DNA of 64,000 bases from an uncultured Planctomycetia bacterium (GTDB lineage Bacteria > Omnitrophota > Gorgyraeia > Tantalellales > Tantalellaceae): positions 7,205 through 71,204 of the forward strand of contig CAYSJU010000009.1 in assembly GCA_964431495.1 (NCBI GenBank), given 5' to 3'. Shown one piece after another: positions 28,421 through 37,637 of this stretch. Position 1 is the stretch's first letter; each line of letters begins with the position of its first letter. The position numbers and the translations under genes were made by a program. Under the pieces are notes generated by a model, which saw only the letters and a program-made list of their open reading frames with translations, was not told the origin of the DNA and ran no database searches.

Positions 28421-29461
28421 ATGAAGGTTACTTTTTTTGTTTATCCATCCGCTTTTCAGAACAAGGGAGGAGGAGAAATACTCCTTGAAAAGACGGAAAA
28501 GTACGTCAAAAGAGAAGGGGTCGCTGTAAAAAGGTTTAATATTTGGGATGACAGAATAGAGGATTTTGACATTTTACATATATTCGGATCAGTTAAAGAA
28601 TGCCTTGGCCTTATGCAGGTAGCCAGCGCAAGGGGCGTAAAAGTGGTGCTTGAATCGATTTTCTGGTCGGATTTTCGAAGGGCTCTTTTTGAGGAAGGGG
28701 AGGCATCCAAAAAGGCTGAGATGGTTTTTCGGCACGCGGCAAAGCTGGTTTTTCCGTTTTTTCCCTCACCAAGAAGGGAGATGTTCCGGACCGCGGACAT
28801 TATTTGCCCTAATTCTCAAAACGAAGCTCTACAGATATCGAAACTGTTTAAAATGCCCATGAACAAGATGTTCGTGGTCCCGAACGGAGTAGATTCCAGA
28901 TTTGGACGTTCTAAACCCGATCTTTTTCATGGAAAGTATGGATTGAAAAATTTTGTTCTATCTGTAGGAAGGATCGAGCCCAGGAAAAACCAGTTGAATC
29001 TTATCCGGGCCATGAAAGGCATAGACAGGGACCTTGTGATCATAGGGAAAGAGGTTTCCGGATATGAATGGTATCATGAAAAGTGTTTAAAGGAAGCCGA
29101 TAGTAAGGTCCATTTTCTGGGAAGCATCTCTCACGAGTCTTATCTTTTGGTGTCGGCATACGCGGCATGCGATGTTTTTGTTCTGCCGGGCTGGTTTGAA
29201 ACCCCGGGGCTCGCTGCTTTGGAAGCGGCCCTTGCGGGCGCTAAAGTGGTAGCTACCGACGGTGGCAGCACCAGAGAATATTTTGAGGATAAAGTTCTTT
29301 ATATAAAGCCCAATGACCCAAGGGACATACGCAGGATGATAGAGATCGCCATTTCCAGGGGAAAGACGGAGGATCTCAAGAGTTTAATAATGGATTCCTT
29401 TATATGGGAAAAGGTGGCCAAAAAAAGAGTGAAAGGGTATGAAGCAGCATTGGAAAGATGA
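28421..29461 (+). CDS. GT4-family glycosyltransferase
   Basis: ETPGLAALEAALAGAKVVATDGGSTREY. AGGGAG RBS before ATG 28421 (ORF track start 28403 is TTG). Confidence 0.8.
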   Translation: MKVTFFVYPSAFQNKGGGEILLEKTEKYVKREGVAVKRFNIWDDRIEDFDILHIFGSVKECLGLMQVASARGVKVVLESIFWSDFRRALFEEGEASKKAEMVFRHAAKLVFPFFPSPRREMFRTADIICPNSQNEALQISKLFKMPMNKMFVVPNGVDSRFGRSKPDLFHGKYGLKNFVLSVGRIEPRKNQLNLIRAMKGIDRDLVIIGKEVSGYEWYHEKCLKEADSKVHFLGSISHESYLLVSAYAACDVFVLPGWFETPGLAALEAALAGAKVVATDGGSTREYFEDKVLYIKPNDPRDIRRMIEIAISRGKTEDLKSLIMDSFIWEKVAKKRVKGYEAALER

Positions 29462-30144
29462 AGCTATCCATACTTATACCGGTCTATAATGAGAAGAAGA
29501 CGATCATGGATGTCCTGGACCTCATCAGGAACGTCGATATAGACAGGGAAATAATACTGGTGGATGATTTTTCCGTTGACGGGACCCGGGAGCTGTTAAA
29601 GGAACGGTTCGGGGACGGTTCAGGTAACGTCCGGGTATATTATCATGACAGGAACCGGGGGAAAGGCAGCGCGATCCGGACCGCGCTTTCGTATGCCGCG
29701 GGGGACTACGTTATTGTGCAGGACGGTGATATGGAGTATTTTCCGGAAGATATGGTGAAACTGGTTTCAGCGGCGGAAGGGACCGGCGCCAGAGCTGTCT
29801 ATGGTTCGCGTTTCCTGGAGTCATGGAGGGCAACGTCACTGTCTCATTACGCGGTAAACTGGTTCCTTACTAATTTAACCAACGTTCTTTTCGGCGCTTC
29901 TCTTACCGATATGGAGACCTGCTACAAGATGGTAAGGACGGACGTCATTCGAAGTCTTGATATCAGGGCTGAAAGGTTTGAATTTGAGCCGGAAGTGACG
30001 GCAAAGTTGTTGAAAAAAGGCGTAAAAATAGTGGAAGTTCCCATATCCTACCGCGGGCGCGGGTATGACGAAGGGAAAAAGATCACCTGGAAGGACGGGG
30101 TGGAGGCCCTGCTCGCGATCTTCCGATTGAGATTCTCGAAATGA
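29458..30144 (+). CDS. GT2 polyprenyl-phosphate glycosyltransferase (DPM1/ArnC-like, soluble form)
   Basis: LSILIPVYNEKKTI, ILVDDFSVDGT, VQDGDMEY (DxD). ATGA overlaps at both ends. Confidence 0.8.
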   Translation: MKLSILIPVYNEKKTIMDVLDLIRNVDIDREIILVDDFSVDGTRELLKERFGDGSGNVRVYYHDRNRGKGSAIRTALSYAAGDYVIVQDGDMEYFPEDMVKLVSAAEGTGARAVYGSRFLESWRATSLSHYAVNWFLTNLTNVLFGASLTDMETCYKMVRTDVIRSLDIRAERFEFEPEVTAKLLKKGVKIVEVPISYRGRGYDEGKKITWKDGVEALLAIFRLRFSK

Positions 30145-31493
30145 TGCGACGCGACATTCTGATTCTGATAGCAGTAGCTTCCGTTATATTGCTGTTCAAC
30201 CTGGGAGGTGGAAGTCTCAGTTCCTGGGACGAGGCTTTCTACGCCGAGGTTTCGAGGGAGATCCTGGAGACGAATAACTGGATAGACCTCACATGGGGAG
30301 GCTCGCCATGGAGCGACAAGCCGCCGCTATACATGTGGGTCACTGCCGTTTTTTACAAAATGTTCGGGGTGAATGAATTTTCCGCTCGCCTTTTTTCAGC
30401 CCTGTCGGGCACAGGGATAGTAATACTCACGTATCTCTTCGCCGCAAGGCTCTTTTCACGAAGGGCGGGCACGGTCTCCGCCGTCATGCTGTTAAGCACC
30501 TATCATTTTTTATGGTTAAGCAGGATGGGGACCCTTGATGTGACGTTCACGTTCTTTCTTTTGCTTTCCGTTTATTCCTTTTTGCGGTCGGAGATAAACC
30601 CGGTAAATATCGTCTATTCTTTTATCTGGTTCGGATTTGCTTTTTTGACCAAAGGCCCGGCGGCTCTCCTGATACCCATGATCCTCGGGCTGTATGTCCT
30701 GCTCGGAAGACAGTGGAGGATGGTATTGAACCGCTATACGGCATTCGGCGTTCTTGCTTTCCTGCTTATAACGGGCAGCTGGTATGTCGCGGCGTTCCTG
30801 CATTACGGACGGTCTTTTCTGGAAGGACATTTTCTCCAGCACCTGATAGGAAGGACGACCAGGACGATGGACGGTCATTACGGAAACTGGCTGACGTACT
30901 TTAATGTTGTCCTTTATAAGGGCAAGCCCTGGGGCTTCCTGGGACTGGTGTCATTTCCTTTTCTTGTTTTTTATACCGTTAAGATGCGGCACGCGAGGAA
31001 TTATCTTGTGATATCATGGGTGCTGGTCGTATTCCTGGTTTTCTGCCTTGTGAGGACGAAACTCCACTGGTATATAACCCCGGTCTACCCGGCCGTTATG
31101 GTAACGGCAGGATGGGGCATGACGAGGCTTTTTAAACGCAGGGCCCTGGTGATCACGGTAGTGATCTCTTTGCTGAGTATCATATATTTCGGCGCGAAAA
31201 AAGATGTTTTCGCGTTGGATTACAACCCGGCGATAAAGAATTTCGCGAGCGCTGTCAGGGACGTATCATCCGAAGACAAAGGTGTATATCTTTACAACAT
31301 AAGCGACCCCGCCATGCTGTTCTATTTCGGCGGGTTCAGTAAAAACATCCGCTCCGAAGCGGAACTGTCCGAAGCAGCGGATAGAAAGGGCGCTGTCATA
31401 GTGGCAAGCCCTGAAGAACTGGAAGGTCTTGAGGGTCGCGGCAGGATAGTGCCGGCCGTCCGGGCTGATTTCGCGGCGATAAAGATAAAATAG
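30141..31493 (+). CDS. GT-C glycosyltransferase, ArnT/PMT_2 (GT39/GT83-like)
   Basis: SSWDEAFYAEVSREI...DKPPLYMW...FLTKGPAAL, all typical of the ArnT/PMT_2 family. More than 10 TM helices. Confidence 0.75.
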   Translation: MMRRDILILIAVASVILLFNLGGGSLSSWDEAFYAEVSREILETNNWIDLTWGGSPWSDKPPLYMWVTAVFYKMFGVNEFSARLFSALSGTGIVILTYLFAARLFSRRAGTVSAVMLLSTYHFLWLSRMGTLDVTFTFFLLLSVYSFLRSEINPVNIVYSFIWFGFAFLTKGPAALLIPMILGLYVLLGRQWRMVLNRYTAFGVLAFLLITGSWYVAAFLHYGRSFLEGHFLQHLIGRTTRTMDGHYGNWLTYFNVVLYKGKPWGFLGLVSFPFLVFYTVKMRHARNYLVISWVLVVFLVFCLVRTKLHWYITPVYPAVMVTAGWGMTRLFKRRALVITVVISLLSIIYFGAKKDVFALDYNPAIKNFASAVRDVSSEDKGVYLYNISDPAMLFYFGGFSKNIRSEAELSEAADRKGAVIVASPEELEGLEGRGRIVPAVRADFAAIKIK

Positions 31494-31495
31494 CC

Positions 31496-32593
31496 ATGTA
31501 TGTGTACAAAAAGAAACTGTATGTTTTGCTTTTTTCCCTGATCGACGCGGCCGGTAATGCGATTTTCGGCGCAAGGAAGCTCTTCAGGCGGGAAATACCG
31601 CTTGAGTTTAACAGGATACTTCTTATCAGGGTCGATCACATAGGCGATGTCATCAACGCGGCCGTGGTCCTGGATCCTTTAAGAAGATCTTTCCCAAACG
31701 CCGCGATAGATCTCCTCGCCCCCTCATTGGCCTGTGACATCGTCAGGGACAATAAAGCGAATGTAAATGTCATCTCTTTCGATCCGCCGTGGTTTGACAG
31801 AGGTTCCTCAGGTTTTTTTAAACATCTTAAGGGCCTGCGCGAAATGGTGAAGATAATAAGAAACGGGCAGTATGACGTTTGTATGGACCTGAGAGGAGAT
31901 TTCAGGCATATAATGGCCATGTTCCTTGCGGGGGTAAGATGCAGGGTCGGTTATGGCATAACCGGAGGAGGTTTTTTGTTGACACACAACGTTCCGTATA
32001 AAGGCGTGATGCATGAAACGGACAGGAACATGGAACTTTTGAGAGCCATCGGGATAAAGGAGAAGACACCGGGAATAAAATTATATTTTTCAGATGAAGA
32101 TAAGAATACCGCGGATAAACTGCTAAGTGACTCCGGGGTCCGTTACAAGTATGCTGTGCTGCATATAGCTCCGGGGCATCCCGCGAAGGGATGGGATCTG
32201 GAGAAATTTGCGCCGGTAGTACAGTATCTTTTTCGCGAAAAACAGCTGGTCCCCGTAATGGTGGGAGTAATGAAAGACGGCAAAAAAGTGCAAAAGATCA
32301 GTGAATTAATAGATGCAAGGCTCATAGATATGACAGGGAAGACCCCTTTCGGTGTATTATATTATCTTTTATCTTCAGCTTCTTTGTTTATCGGAGTTGA
32401 TTCCGGCCCGGCTCATATAGCGGCTTTAGCGAATATTCCCGCGATAATACTTTTTAGCGGTATAAATGATCCTTGCCAGTGGGCGCCTAAAGGCAACAGG
32501 GTAAGGTTGGTCTATCGGGGGAAGGGGAAAGATTTGTCGGGAGTGCAGCCAGATGAAGTATGCAGGAAGATCGATGAAGTGATACGGGAGTAG
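31496..32593 (+). CDS. GT9-family glycosyltransferase (heptosyltransferase-like)
   Basis: ILLIRVDHIGDVINA, FIGVDSGPAHIAAALNIP-type motif (FIGVDSGPAHIAALANIPAI). Confidence 0.8.
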   Translation: MYVYKKKLYVLLFSLIDAAGNAIFGARKLFRREIPLEFNRILLIRVDHIGDVINAAVVLDPLRRSFPNAAIDLLAPSLACDIVRDNKANVNVISFDPPWFDRGSSGFFKHLKGLREMVKIIRNGQYDVCMDLRGDFRHIMAMFLAGVRCRVGYGITGGGFLLTHNVPYKGVMHETDRNMELLRAIGIKEKTPGIKLYFSDEDKNTADKLLSDSGVRYKYAVLHIAPGHPAKGWDLEKFAPVVQYLFREKQLVPVMVGVMKDGKKVQKISELIDARLIDMTGKTPFGVLYYLLSSASLFIGVDSGPAHIAALANIPAIILFSGINDPCQWAPKGNRVRLVYRGKGKDLSGVQPDEVCRKIDEVIRE

Positions 32594-32596
32594 CAT

Positions 32597-32619
32597 GGGC
32601 ATGGGGGGAGGGCGAGGGG
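32597..32619 (+). other. Canonical G-quadruplex motif on the sense strand
   Basis: GGGcatGGGGGGaGGGcgaGGGG is four G-tracts of at least 3 with loops of 1-3 nt. It lies between the GT9 stop (32593) and the SGNH hydrolase ATG (32636). Confidence 0.45.
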
Positions 32620-32635
32620 AGGAAGAGCGATAGAT

Positions 32636-33904
32636 ATGAGTAAAAGATTTATTTTTGGATCCATTATTCTATGCTTTAACCTTCTACTTGTTTTCTTTAT
32701 AGGTGAGCTATATGCGAGGACAAAACATGGCGATATGTTGGATATTCGAGCTCGTGAAGCATCTTACAGAAAAGTTGATTTTCAGCTCCACCATTCTTTT
32801 ATTCCCGATTCCACGGGACGGTCTATTACAAAGGAATGGGATGTAACATATGACATAAATTCATTTGGCCTTCGTGACCGGGATTATCCTGTTGTAAAAC
32901 CTGAAAGTACCTGCAGAATTTTAGTTCTTGGAGACTCTTTTACAGAGGGATACGGTGTGGAGATAGAGGATGCATTTGTTAAGATCCTGGAGAGAAGACT
33001 GAACGGGATATCCGGTGAGAAGCCCGTATATGAAGTAATTAACTGCGGGATCGCGGGTTATTCTCCGCTTCTGGAATACCTTTTCCTGGTAAAGAAAGGA
33101 CTACAGCTGAATCCTGATATGGTTGTTCTTTTTTATGATTTCGGGGATTTGAAGGATGATTATGAGTATGAGAGGGTTACTGTATTCGGAAAGGATGGAA
33201 TGCCGCTCGGATGTTCTCCGCTGAAACGTGTCAGGGCTTTCAGCAGCAATCCTGTTGAACATTTTTTGCTCAAATATTCGCGTTTTTATCTTTATATTGA
33301 AAACAGGATGAACAAGCTTCTCTACAAGTTGAAGAAAATCGGCTTTAAGCAGTATATAAACGATAATGTATCGTGTAAAGAGCATATCCTTTTTGACAAG
33401 AGTGAGAATTCAGATATTGACAGATTCGTGGTATTTCGTGAAAATAACGGGTATATACTAAGAAGATTGTGGCAGAAAAACGAGAAATATATAAGACTTA
33501 TTCATGAGATGCTTAGAGATAATGGGGTTGCCTTTGTGCTGGCGACGTATCCTTATGCGATCGAGATCAATGGGGTAGAATGGTCCGAAGGGAGAAGAGA
33601 GTATGGGTTTAAAGTAGGCGAGGAGTATGCCGAACCCATCGTTGTTGATTTTATGCGCCGGTATGCAGAGGAAGAAGGGATCCCATTCATAGACGTTTAT
33701 ACTTATTTCAAGGAAAGTGACCTTAAACCTTTATATTTTGATTTCGATGGCCATTTTACGGATAATGGACACAGGGTGATGGCAGAAAGCATGTTTAAGG
33801 AACTCAAGAAGGTGCTTTCCGAAGTGTTGCCTGATAACCAGTTTGCAGAGGGGAGAGTTCCAAGGGCAGAGCGCACATCAAATTTGTCCGAGGTGGAGAA
33901 TTAG
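32636..33904 (+). CDS. Membrane-anchored SGNH/GDSL-family hydrolase or acyl-esterase
   Basis: N-terminal TM helix. ILVLGDSFTEGYGV (block I Ser). C-terminal DGHFTDNGH (DxxH block V). Confidence 0.65.
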   Translation: MSKRFIFGSIILCFNLLLVFFIGELYARTKHGDMLDIRAREASYRKVDFQLHHSFIPDSTGRSITKEWDVTYDINSFGLRDRDYPVVKPESTCRILVLGDSFTEGYGVEIEDAFVKILERRLNGISGEKPVYEVINCGIAGYSPLLEYLFLVKKGLQLNPDMVVLFYDFGDLKDDYEYERVTVFGKDGMPLGCSPLKRVRAFSSNPVEHFLLKYSRFYLYIENRMNKLLYKLKKIGFKQYINDNVSCKEHILFDKSENSDIDRFVVFRENNGYILRRLWQKNEKYIRLIHEMLRDNGVAFVLATYPYAIEINGVEWSEGRREYGFKVGEEYAEPIVVDFMRRYAEEEGIPFIDVYTYFKESDLKPLYFDFDGHFTDNGHRVMAESMFKELKKVLSEVLPDNQFAEGRVPRAERTSNLSEVEN

Positions 33905-34993
33905 ATGCGAATAGGATTTGACGCGAGAATGATAACACATCCCGGGATAGGGAGGTACATAGGATGCCTCCTTCCGGAACTTGTAAGGCAGGCCCCTGAG
34001 CATAAGTTTGTGGTTTTCGGGGATCCGGGAAAACTCGGTGAGGTTTCCCGCGCCGGGAATATCCAGGTATCCAGCTGGGATGTGCCTATTTATTCGGTAT
34101 GGGAGCAGATCCCCCCGTTCCGTTCTTTTGCTGATATCGATCTTCTGCATGTGCCCCATTTCAACATCCCCCTTCTTTTCAGGAAAAAGATGGTAGTTAC
34201 GATCCATGATCTTATTTATTTATTGTTGCCCGAAGCGGTATCATCCCCCATGGCGAAACATTATGCCAGCTTTATGATAAATTCAGCCTTGAAAAAAGCG
34301 GAAAGGGTGATAACCGTCTCAAATCATACCAGGGAGGATCTCCTGGATGTTTTTGGAGAGCAGTATTCCGCAAAGATAAAAGTGATCCACGAGGCGTCCG
34401 GCAAGAATTTCCAAAGAGTAAACGACAAAGCCAGGATAGCGGATGTCCGGTGCAGGTACCGTTTATCAGAACGGATAATATTGTATGTGGGGAGCGTAAA
34501 ACCGCACAAGAACATCCCGACTCTCCTGGAGGTGTTTGCCCGGTTGAAGGCATGGGGAGTGCCTCACCAGCTGGTGATATGCGGGAGATGGGACAAGAAA
34601 GAGGAGCACCTGAAGGACAAGATAAGCGACCGCCACGTAAGATATCTAGGGGAAATACCCGTTGAAGACCTGGTCACCCTCTACAGTATAGCTGATGTCC
34701 TTGTTCACTTGTCACTTTACGAGGGGTTCGGGCTCACGGTGCTGGAGGCGATGCAATGCGGGGTCCCTGTTGTCGTGTCAGATTCCTCATCTCTCCCGGA
34801 AGTGGCCGGCACGGCCGCCTTTGTGGTTTCTCCTCATAATCTTGAACAGATAGCCGATACTGTATATAATGTACTCGTCAACAGACAGCTCAGGGCGGGC
34901 ATGATAGAAACAGGATTAGAACACGCCAAACGCTTTTCATGGAGCGAGACCGCGCGGCAGACCCTCGGGATATATCGGAGCGTGGTTCGATGA
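33905..34993 (+). CDS. GT4-family glycosyltransferase
   Basis: YEGFGLTVLEAMQCGVPVVVSDSSSLPEVAG. Confidence 0.85.
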   Translation: MRIGFDARMITHPGIGRYIGCLLPELVRQAPEHKFVVFGDPGKLGEVSRAGNIQVSSWDVPIYSVWEQIPPFRSFADIDLLHVPHFNIPLLFRKKMVVTIHDLIYLLLPEAVSSPMAKHYASFMINSALKKAERVITVSNHTREDLLDVFGEQYSAKIKVIHEASGKNFQRVNDKARIADVRCRYRLSERIILYVGSVKPHKNIPTLLEVFARLKAWGVPHQLVICGRWDKKEEHLKDKISDRHVRYLGEIPVEDLVTLYSIADVLVHLSLYEGFGLTVLEAMQCGVPVVVSDSSSLPEVAGTAAFVVSPHNLEQIADTVYNVLVNRQLRAGMIETGLEHAKRFSWSETARQTLGIYRSVVR

Positions 34994-36156
34994 ACAACAT
35001 TAAGATCGCGATCGCACATGACTGGCTCACGGGAATGCGGGGAGGAGAGAAGTGTCTGGAAGTATTCTGTGAATTATTTCCGGACGCGGCACTCTTTACG
35101 CTTTTACATAAGAAGGGAAGCGTTGCGCCGGTCATAGAAGAAATGGATATCCGCACTTCTTTTCTGCAGAAGATTCCGGGCATATCGCGGAACTACCGCA
35201 GGTTTCTCCCGTTTTTCACCCGCGCCATAGAAAGTTTTGATCTTTCAGGATATGACCTGGTATTGAGCTCCAGCCATTGTGTTGCAAAGGGGATAAAGAA
35301 GAAAGAGGGCTCTTTGCATATATGTTATTGTTATACCCCTGTCAGGTATGCGTGGAAATTCTTTCATGAATACTTTTCCGCTGAAAACCCTTTAAAACAG
35401 AGGGTTATAGCATATTACCTGCGTCGTTTAAGAAAATGGGACCTTGAGGCCAATAAAAAGGTTGATTATTTTGTGGCCATATCGGATAATATTAAGAACC
35501 GCATCAAAGAGTATTATTCCAGGGATGCGGATGTTATATATCCCCCGGTCGATGTTCTTCCCGGAAGTGGAGATGAGGTGAGGGATGAACCGGGCTATTA
35601 TCTGATAGTTTCGGCTTTGGTCCCTTACAAGCGTATCGATCTCGCCGTGGAAGCTTTCAATAAAAGCGGCAGGAGGCTTATAGTTATAGGCAGCGGGAGC
35701 GATCTTTCAAAACTCGCAAAAAAGGCCTCGGACAATGTGAAATTCCTTGGCTGGGTAAGCGGGGAGGAAGTGCGGAAGCATTATTCCGGGTGCCGTGCTC
35801 TTATTTTCCCCGGGGAAGAGGATTTCGGTATCGTCCCGGTCGAAGCGCAGTATTATGGGAAACCCGTAATAGCGTATGCCAGAGGCGGGGTGCTCGAGAC
35901 GATAGTCCCTCTGGGGGAGGAACAGCATCTGGACGCCGACAGAAGCCCAACAGGCGTGTATTTCCATGAACAGACCGTTAATGCGCTTAATGAAGCGATA
36001 ACCAGATTCGAGAAGAACGAACACGTGTTTGAGCCGGATGAACTGAAAAATAATGCGCGACAGTTCAACCGCGAACGCTTCAAGCGGGAAATAAGGGATT
36101 ATATTCAGGAGAAATGGTGGAGTCATATTGAAAGTCAGAGGGAAGAAGCCAGATAA
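34990..36156 (+). CDS. GT4-family glycosyltransferase
   Basis: IAIAHDWLTGMRGGEKCLE N-terminus and EEDFGIVPVEAQYYGKPVIAYARGG. ATGA overlap (ORF track start 34939 lies inside the upstream gene). Confidence 0.8.
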   Translation: MNNIKIAIAHDWLTGMRGGEKCLEVFCELFPDAALFTLLHKKGSVAPVIEEMDIRTSFLQKIPGISRNYRRFLPFFTRAIESFDLSGYDLVLSSSHCVAKGIKKKEGSLHICYCYTPVRYAWKFFHEYFSAENPLKQRVIAYYLRRLRKWDLEANKKVDYFVAISDNIKNRIKEYYSRDADVIYPPVDVLPGSGDEVRDEPGYYLIVSALVPYKRIDLAVEAFNKSGRRLIVIGSGSDLSKLAKKASDNVKFLGWVSGEEVRKHYSGCRALIFPGEEDFGIVPVEAQYYGKPVIAYARGGVLETIVPLGEEQHLDADRSPTGVYFHEQTVNALNEAITRFEKNEHVFEPDELKNNARQFNRERFKREIRDYIQEKWWSHIESQREEAR

Positions 36157-36184
36157 CAGAGGGCAGAATCTGATATCTGACTTC
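36130..36184 (+). repeat. Imperfect palindromic element spanning the GT4 stop codon
   Basis: GAAAGTCAG (36130-38) pairs with CTGACTTC (36177-84). Inner CAGAT/ATCTG (36150-54 / 36168-72). Confidence 0.35.
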
Positions 36185-36210
36185 TGGAACTTTACGTTTG
36201 GTTATCTATC

Positions 36211-37605
36211 ATGAGAATACGTAACGACATAAAACTAAGCTTTATCCTGATGCTCGGGGATATAGTGGCCATAAACGCGGGATTTTTGTTTTCCTACTGG
36301 CTGAGGTTCAATTCCGGCCTGCTGACGGTGGTTTACGGGGTCCCTCACATAAACGAATATATCAAGGCACTGCCGGTGCTCACCGTTATCTTTATATTCT
36401 TGATACGTTCCGAAAAGCTTTATTCAGTCAGGTCCAGGCTTTCCATTATAGACGAGTTCTTTCTTATAGTCCGGGCCGATACCATAGGCCTTTTAATTTG
36501 TATGGCAGCGACCTTTATATACAGGGAATACTCATTCTCCAGGGGAATGCTGCTTATTGCGTGGATGGTCCTGCTTTTATCCTTGGGCAGCTGGAGATTT
36601 TTAGTCAACAGGATCAGGTTTACGGCAAGAAGACGGAGGGAAAAAACACGGAATCTACTTCTCGTTGGAGACGGGCCCATGATCGACCGTCTGATAAGAC
36701 ATATATCCCATGACCCGCACTGGGATTATAACATAAAGGGTGTAATGCGGTTAAGGGGAGATATCCCTGATGCTCCTGAGGGGGTTCCGGTGCTTGGGAC
36801 TTTAAACAATTTCACCAGTGTCGTGGATTCCGAAAAAATAGAAGAAGTCATCCTGACAGAGGCGGAGATACCCCGCAACGAGGTGATCAACATAATGATG
36901 GAGTGCGAAAAACGCATGATCGAGTTCCGTCTGGTGGCTGATCTCATGGGGATGATGACGTCCCAGGTGGATATGCGCACCATAGACGGCGTGCCGCTTC
37001 TGGGATTGAAGGAGTCTACCCTGGTCGAAGGACATAACCGTTTTATTAAGAGGGCGATGGACGTGGGTTTTTCAGCTTTTGGGCTTGTCCTTCTTTCTCC
37101 GGTATTTCTGATCATAGCGGCCATTGTAAAACTGAATTCTCCTGGTCCGGTCTTCTATCTGCAGAAACGTGTCGGGGAAGACGGACGGAGGTTCGCTATT
37201 ATAAAGTTCCGGACCATGGTGGAGAACGCGGAAAAAGGCGTGGGCCGCGTATGGGCGCAGAAGGACGATCCCAGAAGGACGAAGATCGGAGCATTCTTGA
37301 GAAGTTTTAATCTGGATGAACTGCCCCAGCTTTTCAATGTCCTCAAGGGGGAAATGAGCCTTGTGGGGCCCAGGCCCGAGCGCCCCCATTTTGTCGGGAT
37401 GTTCAAGGAAGATATCCCGAGGTATATGGCCCGCCACAAGATAAGATCCGGTATGACAGGATGGGCGCAGGTCAACGGCCTCAGGGGAAATACTTCCATT
37501 GAGGAAAGGACCAAGTACGATATTTATTATATCGAGAACTGGTCGGTTTTTTTCGACCTCAAAATACTGTTCATGTCTATCTTCGCGATGAAAAACGCGT
37601 ATTAG
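36211..37605 (+). CDS. Polyprenyl-phosphate hexose-1-phosphate transferase (WbaP/WcaJ-type initiating enzyme)
   Basis: N-terminal TM helices. C-terminal KFRTM...DELPQLFNVLKGEMSLVGPRP...GWAQVNG is the bacterial sugar transferase signature. Confidence 0.9.
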   Translation: MRIRNDIKLSFILMLGDIVAINAGFLFSYWLRFNSGLLTVVYGVPHINEYIKALPVLTVIFIFLIRSEKLYSVRSRLSIIDEFFLIVRADTIGLLICMAATFIYREYSFSRGMLLIAWMVLLLSLGSWRFLVNRIRFTARRRREKTRNLLLVGDGPMIDRLIRHISHDPHWDYNIKGVMRLRGDIPDAPEGVPVLGTLNNFTSVVDSEKIEEVILTEAEIPRNEVINIMMECEKRMIEFRLVADLMGMMTSQVDMRTIDGVPLLGLKESTLVEGHNRFIKRAMDVGFSAFGLVLLSPVFLIIAAIVKLNSPGPVFYLQKRVGEDGRRFAIIKFRTMVENAEKGVGRVWAQKDDPRRTKIGAFLRSFNLDELPQLFNVLKGEMSLVGPRPERPHFVGMFKEDIPRYMARHKIRSGMTGWAQVNGLRGNTSIEERTKYDIYYIENWSVFFDLKILFMSIFAMKNAY

Positions 37606-37637
37606 TAGAAGGGGTCTGACCCCTATACTGCAATCAA

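Noticed and set aside
37610-37624. AGGGGT-CTG-ACCCCT hairpin after the wbaP-like gene
   Set aside because: It is a real 6-bp GC stem with a triloop. However, it is very short, has no T-tract, and lies 13 nt before the next start codon. That is insufficient to call it a terminator, though it may be a minor RNA stability element.
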